A stretch of 64,000 bases of DNA from Podarcis bocagei (taxonomy: Eukaryota): the NCBI GenBank assembly GCA_964188305.1, contig OZ076901.1. One strand, 5' to 3'. The first letter of the stretch is position 1; every line of letters begins with the position of its first letter. Positions 1 to 11,901 of this stretch are shown here, one piece after another. The notes below the pieces were generated by a model. That model saw only the letters and a list, made by a program, of their open reading frames with translations. It did not search any database and was not told the origin of the DNA. The translations under genes were made by a program, and so were the position numbers.

Positions 1-311
1 TAAGAGGCTTTAAAGCTGATTCCCAATCTCAGCCTCTCAAATGCTGAAGGGAGAGCCATTCCAAAGGTGGGTGCCACCACTGAGAAGGCCCACTTTTGTG
101 TTGTTACCAAGCGAGAATCCATTAGCTGCAGAATGACCAGCAGACTTTCCTCAGAAGATCTTACTGCTCAGCTTGGTCTGTACTGGGGAAGTGAACTGCT
201 AGGTGCCCTGCTTTCAAGTGGCTTTGGGCTTTCCATATCAACAACCAAACTTTTTGCTTGTCTCAGTAGTTAATCTGCCTCTTAACACTGATGTAATATA
301 AGCAAATAAAA

Positions 312-815
312 GGGACGCGGGTGGCGCTGTGGGTAAAACCTCAGCACGTAGGACTTGCCAATCGCATGGTTGGCGGTTCGAATCCCTGCGGCGGGGTGCG
401 CTCCCGCTGCTCGGTCCCAGCGCCTGCCAACCTAGCAGTTCGAAAGCACTCTTTAATTTAAAATTTTAATTTTATAATGAATGATTTTAGAGTGTTGTTT
501 GTTCTGTACTTTTGTACGGTTTTATTGTTGTTAGCCGCCCTGAGCCCGGCTTTGGCTGGGGAGGGCAGGATATAAATAAAATTTATTATTATTATTATCT
601 TAAGTGCAAGTAGATAAATAGGGACCGCTTACTGGCGGGAAGGTAAACGGTGTTTCCGTGTGCGGCTCTGGCTTGCCAGAGCAGCTTCGTCACGCTGGCC
701 ACGTGACCCGGAAGTGTCTGCGGACAGCGCTGGCTCCCGGCCTATAGAGTGAGATGAGCGCACAACCCTAGAGTCTGTCAAGACTGGCCCGTACAGGCAG
801 GGGTACCTTTACCTT
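312..815 (+). mobile_element. Sauria SINE (Squam1) with an internal LINE-tail insertion
   Basis: GGGACGCGGGTGGCGCTGTGG head, GGTTCGAATCC B box and (ACCTTT)n tail. 13-bp TSD TAATATAAGCAAA at 294-306 and 816-828. Confidence 0.92.
450..600 (+). mobile_element. L2-type LINE 3' tail inserted inside the SINE
   Basis: GTTAGCCGCCCTGAG...GGGCAGGATATAAATAAA followed by an (ATT)n tail. The SINE resumes at AAGTGCAAGTAG (compare the intact copy at 28503). Confidence 0.75.
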
Positions 816-1240
816 TAATATAAGCAAACTGGGTGCCCCACTGAGTATCTTGAAAGCTGCATTTTACAGCAACCAAATCCGGCACAAGGGTAGTCCCATG
901 CATAGTGCATTACAGTAATCTAGATGTGAGGTTACCAATGCATGGATTAGATGGCAAAGCTATCCCTGTCCAGGAATCATAGATGATGAACCAGCTAGTT
1001 GGGAATGGGTGCTCTAGTGACAGTGACATATCTAGGCACAGCCCAAAATATACCACCGATCCTTCGGAGGCAGCATATACAGTGTGCTAGCCAATAAATG
1101 ACAGTAGCATAGAAAATTGCATTATATCAGGAGAAACTTCTTTGCAAAAAAATAAATAAGGGGAAACTGCATACCAAAATGTGTTTATTAGTAGAAATTC
1201 ACACCCTAAAATTCTGGTGAATTTTCATTAGAATCTTGTA

Positions 1241-1578
1241 CAGTGGTGCCTCGCAAGACGAAATTAATTCGTTCTGCGAGTTTTTTCGTCTTGCGAAGCA
1301 CGGTGTCGGAAAAGTTTTAGAAAAGCTTCAAAAATCACCAAAGTCTTCAAAAACCTCAAAAAAGGCTACCACACCGCGTGCTATGAGTTGCTCCTCGAAG
1401 TCAAGTCGCAACTGTATTAACGGTTTTAAGAAAAAGGAAACAAACTTGCAAGACGTTTCCGTCTTGCGAAGCAAGCCCATAGGGAAAATCGTCTTGCAAA
1501 GCAACTAAAAAAACCAAAAACCCTTTCGTTTTGCGAGTTTTCTGTCTTGCGAGGCATTCGTCTTGCGAGGTACCACTG
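1241..1578. mobile_element. Tc1/mariner (pogo/Tigger-like) MITE, family B, short form
   Basis: TIRs CAGTGGTGCCTCGCAAGACGAA / TTCGTCTTGCGAGGTACCACTG, TA TSD on both sides, and repeated subterminal TCGTCTTGCGA motifs. Confidence 0.9.
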
Positions 1579-3554
1579 TATTACTATTTTTTAATCACAA
1601 ATTGTGACAGGAATGTTGGGAACTGAATTTAAGATCAGAAGAATGAAGAACTGAAAAGTGACAGTTCCATTCATCTCTACACACCCCTAACAGAAACCCC
1701 TCAATGAATCAAAGATTGAAAGTTATAAGATACCTAACCTTTCAGATGAGCTGGAACTTCACATTTTAAAAAAGGAAACAATCTAGCTTCTAGTTTCATC
1801 TTAGATGGCGACAAGGTAGGAAAAGGAAATGGGGACGGTGGAGACTCCACAAGGGTCTCTGCCCCCTCTAAGGGCACTTCTTCCATTGCTGAAAGAGAGA
1901 GCTCAGAACTCAGGTTGCTTAACAAGAGAAGATGGACTTGGGGCTGCTGCGGTTGAAGGTCAGCGCCCTGCTGACTGCGGGATGGCCTCGTCTCTGGAAA
2001 GCAGTCAACCCATCAAAGCCTTAATGGGACTGATGATTAGTGAGGTACCGAGGGAAAAATTAGATTAGAAAAACAAATGAAAATCATTTAGGAAGTGGGG
2101 CTTATTCGCGGTGGAAGGCTGCTGCTGTATCAAGGCAGGCAGGCAACAATTTGACTTCCATCCAGGAGAAGGAGAGCAGGTCTGGAATACATTAGTGTGG
2201 TGGGAGGCCGGGAATAGCAGCCACTTAACCCTGTCATTCAGCAAACATTAGTGAATTATGAGTGTGTTACTTGTTGGGTTATGCGCTTGCAAAATGCCCA
2301 ACGGCCTCCTATATCTCAGCTAAAAATATGCTCGTGCGCCTTTGGTGTCAACAAACGGATTTTTATTTTTATTATTGCAGACACTCCCCACACAGCTACC
2401 CACTCCCTAAATGATCAGAAATAAGTTCTCTGTTCCCCTTGCAGCTTCTCAAAAATTTAAATCAGAATCCCAGGCCACGCCTTGTGAAAGAAGCCAAAAT
2501 TTCCTCTCCTTGTCAAATTACTACCCTTGATGAAGAAAGCAAGTCCTAGAAATGCAATTTAGGACCTTTTCTTCATGCCATAAACAATGGTGGTAGATTA
2601 CAATGGGTTTTAAAATGCTGTTTGAACTGTTCTTACTATGTAACCTGAGCTGCAGATGGGTGCATTGGGGGTGGGCAGAATTGTGGGAGGGAGAGGGAAG
2701 TTGCTTTTTGCTAAGAGCTGTGGGGTGGAGCTTGTCACAAGAGTAAAATAAGATCCAAAATTATTCAAAGGCTGTTCAAAGGCAATTCTATGAAGAGGGT
2801 TGGGGGGGGTGCACCTTTTGTTCTATTTAAAAATCCATGAATGGGTGCTCTGTGCCCAAAGGCACAGCTAACTAGTTTTCTAGACCAGCTAACTAGTTTT
2901 CAGTGAGTCAGAGGTGGTATGAAAAAGAAGCCATTTCCTGTGGTGTACCTGAGGCCTCTGATGAGAAGCTTCTACAGGTTTGTGACATATTGCCCTTTGG
3001 GTGGTCATGCCTCTATGATGTCCTTCATGAACTCTTTCAGGAAAACAAAACAAAAAAACCCCCAAAACAAATGCCTGTCTCCAATCAAAGCAAGTTTCTA
3101 GATCTCATGGTAGGAGGGGATGGATAGATCAGCCAGCACACCGCCCCCCATCACCTGAGGTTTTTTAAACTGGTGATTGACCTTGGTTCTGTCTGCACGC
3201 AGAGCACGCACTCTGCTATCCATTTGTTGACTCCCGCCTTTCTTTTTCCTACAACTCATTTCCCAACTCAATGTCCTTCCGTCTCACCTACAATTCCTAC
3301 ATTTCAGTCCTGAACCCACCTGCCCCAGTCTTTAAGAAGCTGCACTGTGGAAGCAGAACAAACTGCACAATTATGCAGCTATGAGGGCTGGTCAAACTGT
3401 TAGGCACAGAGAGGCAACCACTGCAGGGGGCAGAGGCTGGGGGACAGCTGCAGTGGCAGCCCCACGCGGAACAAGAGCTGTGTCTGCCGCGTGGCCTGTC
3501 CTGGCCCCCTAAACTAGCTGCTGCCCTCAGGTGTGGTGGAGGAGGAACTTGGGA

Positions 3555-3690
3555 ACCTAGGAAGCTGCTCTATACTGAATCAGAACATGGTCCATCCACC
3601 TCAGTAGTGTCTGCACTGACAGGCAGGGGCTCTCCAGGACTTTAGGCAGGGAGCATTCCCAGCCCTGTCTGGAGCTGCCACTGGGATTGC
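3555..3690 (-). mobile_element. Old SINE with CR1-like tail (AGGAAGCTGC...TCAGACCATTGGTCCATC family)
   Basis: Similar diverged copies at about 19520-19680, 21000-21185, 39980-40080, 40655-40700 and 54700-54770. Confidence 0.55.
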
Positions 3691-4256
3691 CCAAAATGTA
3701 GCAGAGTCAGGGGCTGGGGCTTCTGGATCACATTGATGGCCCTTACCATTCCCTCCACAATTCATGTACAGAGGCCAGCAGCCTCATAGTTAAAGACAAC
3801 ACTGTTTGAAAGCCTATCCATAGTCCAGTGGTGGCCAACCTATTTTGTTCTTGTTGATTATTTGTTTACAGTCGTGCCACAAATCCAGTCCGAAGTAGGA
3901 GGCAGGCCATTTTTGCGTGTTTGTGACCCATTGAGTACATCCCTTTGGCACTGGGGAGGTCAGCACAAAATGCTGGCCTCATTCCATGTCCCACCTAGGT
4001 TTCTGGGCGTCCCTGTCCAACGTGTGCACCCCCAAATTCCTTCAAACACTACTGCTTTGGGCACCAATACCTCAGGTTGCCCTCATACACTAATCTGTTG
4101 CTGCTTTCCCTTCTGCAGGGATATAAGCCAAGACTACAGCTGGTCAGGCACCATAACTAAACCCATCTCTCTACGTCGTGCTCCCCAGTCTGTCTTAGAG
4201 CCAGGGGCCTGGCCTTCTGCTTATTATTATAATTAAGGTCTTAACCCGAGGTACTA

Positions 4257-4481
4257 CAGTGGTACCTCAGGTTACAGACGCTTCAGGTTACAGACTCCGC
4301 TAGCCCAGAAATAGTACCTCGGGTTAAGAACTTTGCTTCAGGATGAGAACAGAAATCGCACAGCAGCGGTGCAGCAGCAGCAGGAAGCCCCATTAGCTAA
4401 GATGGTACCTCAGGTTAAGAACATTTCAGGTTAAGAACGGATCTCCAGAACGAATTAAGTTCTTAACCCGAGGTACCACTG
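4257..4481 (+). mobile_element. Tc1/mariner (Tigger-like) MITE, family A
   Basis: TIR CAGTGGTACCTC(A/G)GGTTA, TA TSD at 4255-4256 and 4482-4483, about 225 bp. Confidence 0.92.
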
Positions 4482-4564
4482 TACTTCTGGGTTAGCGGAG
4501 TCTGTAACCCGAAGTGTTTGTAACCCGAGGTGTTTGTAAGCCGAGGTGTTTTTAACCCAAGGTA

Positions 4565-5477
4565 CAGTGGTGCCTCACAAGACGAAATTAATTCGTTCCG
4601 CAAGTTTTTTCTTCTTGCGAGTTTTTCGTCTTGCGATGCACGGTTTCCCATAGGAATGCATTGAAAATCAATTAATGCGTTCCTATGGAAACCGCCTTCA
4701 GACCAGGTCCGGGGACAGTCTGTCCCCCGACCTCTTCGGAAGGCTGGGGGGGGACAAGGGCTTTTCTTCCCACCCCCAGCATTTTAAAAAACCCCGGGAC
4801 AGCGGAGGACTTCTCCGCTGTCCGGGGCGATCTTAAAATGCTGGCGGGCGGCATTTTAAAATCGCCCGGGACAGCGGAGGACTTCTCCGCTGTCCGGGGC
4901 GATGTAAAAGCCCCTGGGAAGGCAGGCAGGGGGGACAAAGACTTTTGCTCCCCGCCCGCCGTCAGAAGAGGTCCTGGACCTCTTCTGAAGGCGGGCGGGG
5001 GGCAAAAGTCTTTGCTCCCCACCGCCTGCCTTCCAAAGCCGTCCGGGACAGCGGAGAAACGTGCTGCCTTTCTCCGCTCTCCCGGGAAGGCAGGCAGGGG
5101 GGAGCAAAGACCTCTTCTGAAAGCGGACGGGGGGCGAAAGTCTTTGCTCCCCCCCGCCTGCCTTCAAAAGCCGTCCGCGATAGCGGGAAGCGCTTCCCTG
5201 CTATCCCGGACTGCTTTTAAAATGCTGGCGGTGGGGAGCAAAGCCTTTCGGCCCCCGCCGGCCTTCCTGGACCTCTTCTGAAGGCCGGAGGGGGGGAAAG
5301 GCTTTGCTCCCCACCACCAGCATTTAAAAGAGGTCCCCGGAGATTTCCCTATGGGCTTTCTTCTTGCGAAGCAAGCCCATAGGGAAATTCGTCTTGCGAA
5401 GCGCCTCCAAAACAGAAAACCCTTTCGTCTTGCGGGTTTTCCGTCTTGCGAGGCATTCGTCTTGCGAGGTACCACTG
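4565..5477. mobile_element. Tc1/mariner MITE, family B, long GC-rich form (913 bp)
   Basis: Same TIRs and subterminal motifs as 1241-1578. TA TSD at 4563-4564 and 5478-5479. Interior made of inverted-repeat modules. Confidence 0.9.
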
Positions 5478-5754
5478 TACCACTGTACAAGTTGCTGATT
5501 CTGTCTGTCATAAAAGTATACAGTTTCCATCCAGAGAGAGATGCTGTAGGAGGAACAAATGAAGGCTACTTTGAAAAAGTTTTCTTTTTAGGTAGGGAAA
5601 TGACCCAACCCAGCCAAGATGGTGCAATTTCTGCAATTTCCACCATAGCTGAACTTTTGCTGAGCTCACCACCTTGCCTCACGTTCCTTACTGGAGAGCA
5701 AAATATCTGCATTGTGTTAAGCAGTTTCTGCTATAGTTGCTTATTAATCTGCAG

Positions 5755-5766
5755 CTCTCTCTCGCG

Positions 5767-5821
<55 letters not shown>
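5755..5821. repeat. (CT)n(CA)n compound microsatellite
   Basis: Directly visible. Confidence 0.95.
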
Positions 5822-7629
5822 TTTCAGCCTCCTCCCTCTGCTGCTGGAATGAAGATCTAGCCGCTATCAAGCCCACTCATGGAAGCTGTTTAGCAGCGGA
5901 AACCAAAACCAGCATTTATTAATTATCAACTTAAGTGCCTCCTTTCATGGATATTTTCAAGGGCCTCCTTATTATTAATAAGAATAATAAAACAGAGTGT
6001 GCTTATTAAAGCTCATTCGTTATACAGCATATTGATTACCGACGGGGGGGGGGGTGCTCCGATTAAAAATGCACACATTATACTTGCCACCCCTGCATGG
6101 CATTAATTTTGAAAGCTGTAATTCAGACTGATTATTACCCTAAGGATCTTCCTTTTTCTTTCTTTCAAAAATAGAAATTTTTCTATTCTACTCCTCCCCC
6201 CACCACACACACAACCCTCACACATATGGAGAAGATCAAATAACTGCCTTCTGTAATGGTCCAACCAAGAATTGACTCCTATAAGCATGGTAAACAAACT
6301 TGATCAAAGTGAATCATCTCTTCCACTTCCTCTAGGGAATTAGCTTTTATTCTAAACTATCAGATCAGGGTAGCCAAGAATTTTGAATTGACAGATGTGG
6401 GTGCATTCCCACTTTACATGCTTGAGCCCCTCCAGAAAAGTTTTTGGGGGGCGGTTATATTCTGCAACATGTCAGTTACACAGTAATGGTGCAGTGGTAG
6501 TGTCCACACATTCTGCTTTTTTATAGTGCAACAAAAGTGCTATAGCACACATACACACAGCTCCCCAGAACATTTCTGATATGAAAAATTATAGGATTTC
6601 AGCAGGAAGCTATGGGACATGCACCGATTGGAAACAAAGCTATATGCCTACCCTGAAACTTTTGCAAGAGCAAACAGGAGTGAAAGTGGGGTTGTATTTA
6701 ACTGCCCCGATACCAGCATGAGCACAAAACATCGTGAATGTGAATTTAAAAAAATGTCTGGGAGGGCTTTAAATGTGAACTGAATCCAACTCCTTCCGTA
6801 TCCCTAACAGCTGCTGCTTAAACATGCATGGGATTGGGCTGCCTAAAAGATGGTGCTCTCCCAGCTAGGATAACAGTGGCTATTGATTAGTAAAGGTGAT
6901 GTTTATCCCCAAAACAAATTCGGAGGTCTAAGCCCTCCAAGCACCCAACACCATGCCACGACAAGAGGAGGGTGAGGAGCTGGACACAAATGCCGCCCCC
7001 CTAGGAGCCAGTTGCAGAAGCAAGTGTGAGAGTCAATGTTGCTAAGCAGCTGGTCCCTGGGGTTCCCCAGTGCATTGGAAGCACCTGACACCCAGCAGCA
7101 ACCTTAAGATTGCTGCGTTGGGAGTAGGGATGTCAGAGAATTCCAATGAAAATGGGAGCAGAATGTGCCAGGGTTTCCTTATTCATCCCATATCTGGAAT
7201 GGAAATTGATCCAGTGAATACGATCAGTATACACTGTTGTTGTTTTGAATCCGCAAATTGATTAACACCCCACACAAACAAACACATCTGCAACTGGGTT
7301 TCCTTTCCTCTGAAATGAAAGTGGGATAATGTAATGGTGATGTAATTGCATAATCTATGGAATTAAGAGAAACCTGCAGGTATAGGGTGGTATATAAATT
7401 TAATCAATCAATTAATTAATTGGAAATCTACATAAGTTATGTAATTTTGCCACAGTGGTGTGCAAGACAAACAACCTAGTTTTTGGCGGAAGATGACCTG
7501 CAGCATAATGGAAACAGTGCTGCATGTGACAAGTGCAGAGCAGAGCAGAAAAAGAAGCCTTATTACATCCCTAGTTGGGAACCACAGGTGAGTCATATTC
7601 TGTCCTGAGGAAGATCATGCCTTATTATT

Positions 7630-7890
7630 TACAGGGAACTAGGCAGAGGGCCTTCTCAGTAGTGGCACCCTCCCTGTGGAACACCCTCCCTTCAGATGTC
7701 AAGGAGATAAAGAACTGTATAACTTTTAGAAGACATCTGAAGGCAGCCCTGGATCAGGAAATTTTTAATGTTTGATGTTTTATTATGTTTCAGTATATGC
7801 TGTAAGCCGTCTAGAGTGACTGGAGAAACCTGGCCAGATGGGCGAGGTATAAATAAAAAAATTATAATAATTATAGTTGTTGTTGTTGTT
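7630..7890 (+). mobile_element. L2-clade LINE 3' end
   Basis: Encodes QRAFSVVAPSLWNTLPSDVK and is followed by the 3' UTR shared with 11902 and 24282. Confidence 0.85.
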
Positions 7891-7947
7891 ATGCCACTGG
7901 CCTCGCTACCACTTCCTTGTTTATTTCAAAAATCTAATTCATTCTAT

Positions 7948-7957
7948 TACACTCACA

Positions 7958-7998
<41 letters not shown>
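7948..7998. repeat. (CA)n microsatellite
   Basis: Directly visible. Confidence 0.95.
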
Positions 7999-8003
<5 letters not shown>

Positions 8004-9307
8004 CTTAACACTTTGGTATGTTGCATTCAAAGCAGCTTATGACTTAATCAAAACAATAGAAGAGTCAGACATCAAAAATCAGTAATTCTAACATAAAACA
8101 ACCAAACAATGAAACACGGATAGCGGTGCCAATTTTACAGAGCAATCTTCAGAGATTTAAAGCTTGCTGGAACAGCGGCAGCAACAAGTCCTAACTGCCG
8201 GCCTAAATGCAACAAGAGGTGGAACCTGGCAGAAATCCTGGAAGCATCTTTATGGGGTGGGAGGGCATTCTGTGATCTAGGTACGACCGCTGAGAGATGC
8301 CCACCTGCATGATGGAAATAGTCCACCCCACATTGTGGCTCCCCGGCTTCTACTAGTGGCATAATATACTGCCTTTGAAAACGGAGGCAGCATAGAAACC
8401 TCTCCTCCAGGAGTTTTCTTATGTTTTCATTGTACAGTCCCATATTCTAAAGTGCCACAAGGAAAACCAGGTGTTTTGGCTCACTTAATATATCTAGCTA
8501 TCTGTATCATTTAACATGTCATATGATGCACAAGGATTCACTCTCATTTTTAAAAAGTACAGAAAGGGGGTTATTCCCAGACTCTTTACCTCCAGCGTTG
8601 TTGAATACAGGGCCCCCACTGAGTCAAGGGGTCCCCCAATTGTTTCCTGACACTTGACCCCATTTCCTGCATTAGTTTACTGGTGGAGAAACAAAACCTT
8701 TTACAATCTTGTGTGAAAAATGTGAACTCTAAGAGGCAAGTTCTCAGGCAGCCACTGTTGAAAGGGAAGCCCTTATTTTAGCTTTTTAGTGAAAGAAAGC
8801 AAAAGGGCTGTTTCCAAGAGGTCCTGGCTTTGTTTGGTTCCCCCCCCCCCTTTTTTTACCAGCAACAGCTGCTGGGCTAGACAGACCCCCTTTGATATCA
8901 TGCCATGAATCCACTTACAGATGCTTTGTCATGCTGTCATCTATGCTCATAAAACAGTCAGAATTGGCTATTCAACAAACACACAATCCAGAGGTGGGGT
9001 GGGGGGAGCCTGAGGCCCTCAGCATTAGAAAAGACCCCCACAAAGAGACCCATGGCCACAAAAGATCCAGAGCAACCCAGGCATGCCCTTTATCTTGCCT
9101 GGACTACAAAGGATCTGCAGTGAGGAGATCCAAACAGCTCTCTGAAGCTTTTTATAACCTTTAGCAGACTCTTGTTACCACAGCCGCTATGAGGCAGAAG
9201 ATTTTACACCTGCCCACCCTGAAAGACATCTCAGGCTGAGGCTCCTTGCCCAAAGGCACCAAGCAACTTCCTGGCTGAATGGGGATTTGTATTAATCATA
9301 GATATAT

Positions 9308-9430
9308 AATAGAATTGTAGAGTTGGAAGGGACCATCTAATCCACCCCCTTCAATGCAGGAATCTTTTACCCATCGTAAGACTCAAACCCACAACCCTAA
9401 GAGTCTCATGTTCTATCAACAAATATCTAG
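9308..9430 (-). mobile_element. Short tRNA-headed SINE with CR1-type tail (P.s.1/Squam2-like)
   Basis: ATAGAATTGTAGAGTTGGAAGGGACC tail plus a degenerate tRNA-Lys-like head. Related copies at 41277-41355, 47629-47757 and 54394-54495. Confidence 0.55.
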
Positions 9431-10621
9431 CCGTTAAATGGAGCTTTCAAGCATAATCTTGTTAGAATCCTTACAGCAACCCTGGAAAGTAGGCTGGTGT
9501 CATCAACTTAACAAGGGAGACGGGGCACCAAGGTGTAGCCAAAACGACTTGCCTAAGCCACCTGGTCACTTTGTGGTGGTGGGTGAGATTTCTCTGCTTG
9601 TAGTTCAGTCTCTTGGCCACATATGCAGCCACAGTTCACAGAGATGACACAGCAGCAGATCCAATAACTTCTCACAACAGCTCACAAACTGTCTCACATT
9701 CAGTTATACAGATAGAACAAAAAGGAACACAGCCACAGATCCCATTAGGCCACACACATTTTTGAAAACATACTGACTTTCTGAGTAGGAATGAAGGCTG
9801 AGGCGCCAAATTGACAAGAATAAAAAATGGATTCCCTCACCTGGAAGGACAAGGCGCAAGGCCTACTCATGCTCTTGCCATCATTTCTAATTCTGTTCCA
9901 AAACTTGTTACACGCCACCTATTCATGTCCAGTAGTACACAATCGACACCCTCCAGGAGTGGCTCTCCAACCATTTGAATTCACCCTGAAAGGTGCCCTT
10001 TTCTGTTATCTCCTGAGACTGACAGGTGCCAACCACCAAGCATCCAGTACACAATAAAATGAAGAACCTATCAACTGTATCTTAAAATATTCAATGATGA
10101 TATTAATTATGGTTGGAAATCAGTGTGTCAAAATGGTAAATGAATGGTAAATAAATGGTTGGATTCCCACCCCCTGCCCTTCAGTGTTTCTGTAATGTGG
10201 AAGGTATTTTGGACCTCGTTTTTCTCCCTTTGCAAAACAGCCCTTTTGTTTGCCAATCCAAGTCACAGAGGCAGCTGCTAATTTGCTTTTTTAAAAGCAT
10301 GGTGTATATCCATGGCATCTTGTAAATTTGCGACTCTGTGAAAGGGAAGCCATCTGCAAAGGCCAGAAGGAAAACTCTCCTCTTGTGTTGACAGACACAG
10401 TGATGTAAACAGATCCCTTTTTATGTAGCAAAGCTGTTTGTGTCAGATCCACACAGACTTTGTTTCCAGGATATTGTGGCAATAGCACCATAAGGACGTT
10501 CTCTTAATTCGGGGGGCGGGGTGGAATGAAACAGTAAATCACCTAAATAAAGCCCCTTAAATGTAGATGCAATATACCCACTATCTTTCTGGTGTTCCAC
10601 AGTGGCTAAGGGTAACAGCTG

Positions 10622-11266
10622 TGTGAGAATCTTGGCTCCGACAACTATTAGTACATGGTAGGGGGGCGAGGATGACACAGAGAGAGGGATAAGTAAGATG
10701 GACCTAGGACTGGTGGGGAAATCCCCACTGCCAGTGGGAGAACCAGGAAAGGGCTAAGAACTGATAGGATCATAGGTGAGGTAGTCCTTGGTGTCATTGG
10801 TAACATGTTCAGTGAGAAGAGAATAGCAGGAAGCAGCCCTGATGCAAGGGCAATAGCGATGTTAACATCACCCTGGCCATTATGGAAAATGTATATGGGA
10901 CCCCACCAGCTCTAATTCAGAGACCTTCTGCTGTGGGCCCACCGACAAGAATAGGCAAGACACAAGAGGGCCTTTTGACAAGAGACTTCTCAAATCTTCC
11001 CGTCGAGGAGGTATCCCCTTAGAGCTCTAAATAGGACGGAGCTGGGGAAGGGAGGTTCTTTTTTGTCCCCATCCTGGTTTCCATCTGAGTTCATGGGAAA
11101 CCACTGTGGACACACAGAGCGAAACAATACCTGCTAGTTTGCTGTGCACTGATACTGAAGAAGAGACGTGAGCCATCTTTTTTATTTAAAAAATGATATT
11201 TTCACAAGCACCCCCTATTATTACACTATTGGACCCGAGCCATCTTAAAATTCAGCCACATGTCAG
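10622..11266 (+). mobile_element. Possible solo LTR
   Basis: About 640 bp bounded by TG...CA, with a TATA-like CTAAATAG and an LTR-like composition. No TSD confirmed, and boundaries are uncertain. Confidence 0.3.
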
Positions 11267-11406
11267 CCCAGCCCAGTGTGCATTGGAACGAAAAGTTACA
11301 AGAATATAGAAAGAGCGCTGCTGGATCAGGTCAGAAGCCCGCCCAGTTCAGCATCCTGTTCTCTCTGCAGCCAACTGGATGCTCCAATGGGAAACCCAAA
11401 AGCAGG

Positions 11407-11806
11407 TGATAGACTATATGGGACTGGCAGAAATGACTGGCAGAATCTGAGACCAGGGAAAAGAGACGGTGGAAGAAGATTGGAAGAAATTTAAGAACTA
11501 TCTTAAGAAACATTGCAAAATTAATGTGTGTTAGAATGATGCGGCTTTAGAAATTAAGTGGATTACAGCTGTAAGGATTAAGTTAAAAGAAAAGAAAGGT
11601 TAATAATTACATAAAAGTAAGGGCGAGGATTTGCTGAACTGAATATTTGAAATTGGAATGCAGAAAGGGAAGGTATGAGGAGGTCGGGGAAGTAAGTTTT
11701 AAGAAAATAAGGATTTGAAATTATACTTGTTTTTTCTCGTATGTGTGTTTGTTTGTATTGTTGTGTTTGTTTATATAATTTGTGAAACTTTAATAAATTT
11801 CTTATA
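11407..11806 (+). mobile_element. L1/Tx1-type LINE 3' fragment
   Basis: 11-bp TSD CCAAAAGCAGG at 11396-11406 and 11807-11817. Residual ORF2 C-terminus ...EEDWKKFKNYLKKHC, then an AT-rich 3' UTR ending near AATAAA. Confidence 0.75.
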
Positions 11807-11901
11807 CCAAAAGCAGGAACTGAGCACAACAGCACTCTTCCCATCTACAATTCGCAGCAAGTGGTATTCAGATAGCGTTCAGAACTCCAACAGTGGCATG
11901 A

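Larger units (their letters stand above)
1..1010 (-). mobile_element. Degenerate L2-clade LINE ORF2 3' remnant, interrupted by a SINE
   Basis: Minus-strand translation gives HALVTSHLDYCNAL (about 900-945) and AFSVVAPT (about 68-91), both typical L2-clade ORF2 C-terminal motifs. Confidence 0.75.
4240..5485 (-). mobile_element. Truncated family A MITE acting as host to two later MITE insertions
   Basis: Removing 4257-4483 and 4565-5479 restores CTTAACCCGAGGTACTA-CTTCTGGGTTAGCGG...AAGGTACCACTG, matching the copies at 49818 and 59400. Confidence 0.85.

Noticed and set aside
312-400. tRNA-like A/B boxes here and at 17520, 28503, 37640 and elsewhere
   Set aside because: These are SINE heads, not tRNA genes. 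There is no complete cloverleaf, and SINE bodies follow.
2903-3127. Coding-looking stretch (LKEFMKDIIEA on the minus strand)
   Set aside because: Interrupted by stops, no recognisable homologue and no splice support.
4490-4562. Short repeated TGTAACCCGA units resembling a CRISPR-like array
   Set aside because: Eukaryotic DNA. These are subterminal repeats of MITE family A with no unique spacers.
4672-5511. Overlapping ORFs up to 198 aa on both strands
   Set aside because: They lie wholly inside the GC-rich palindromic MITE. The repeated peptide PGTAEDFSAVRGD reflects the DNA repeats, and there is no transposase motif.
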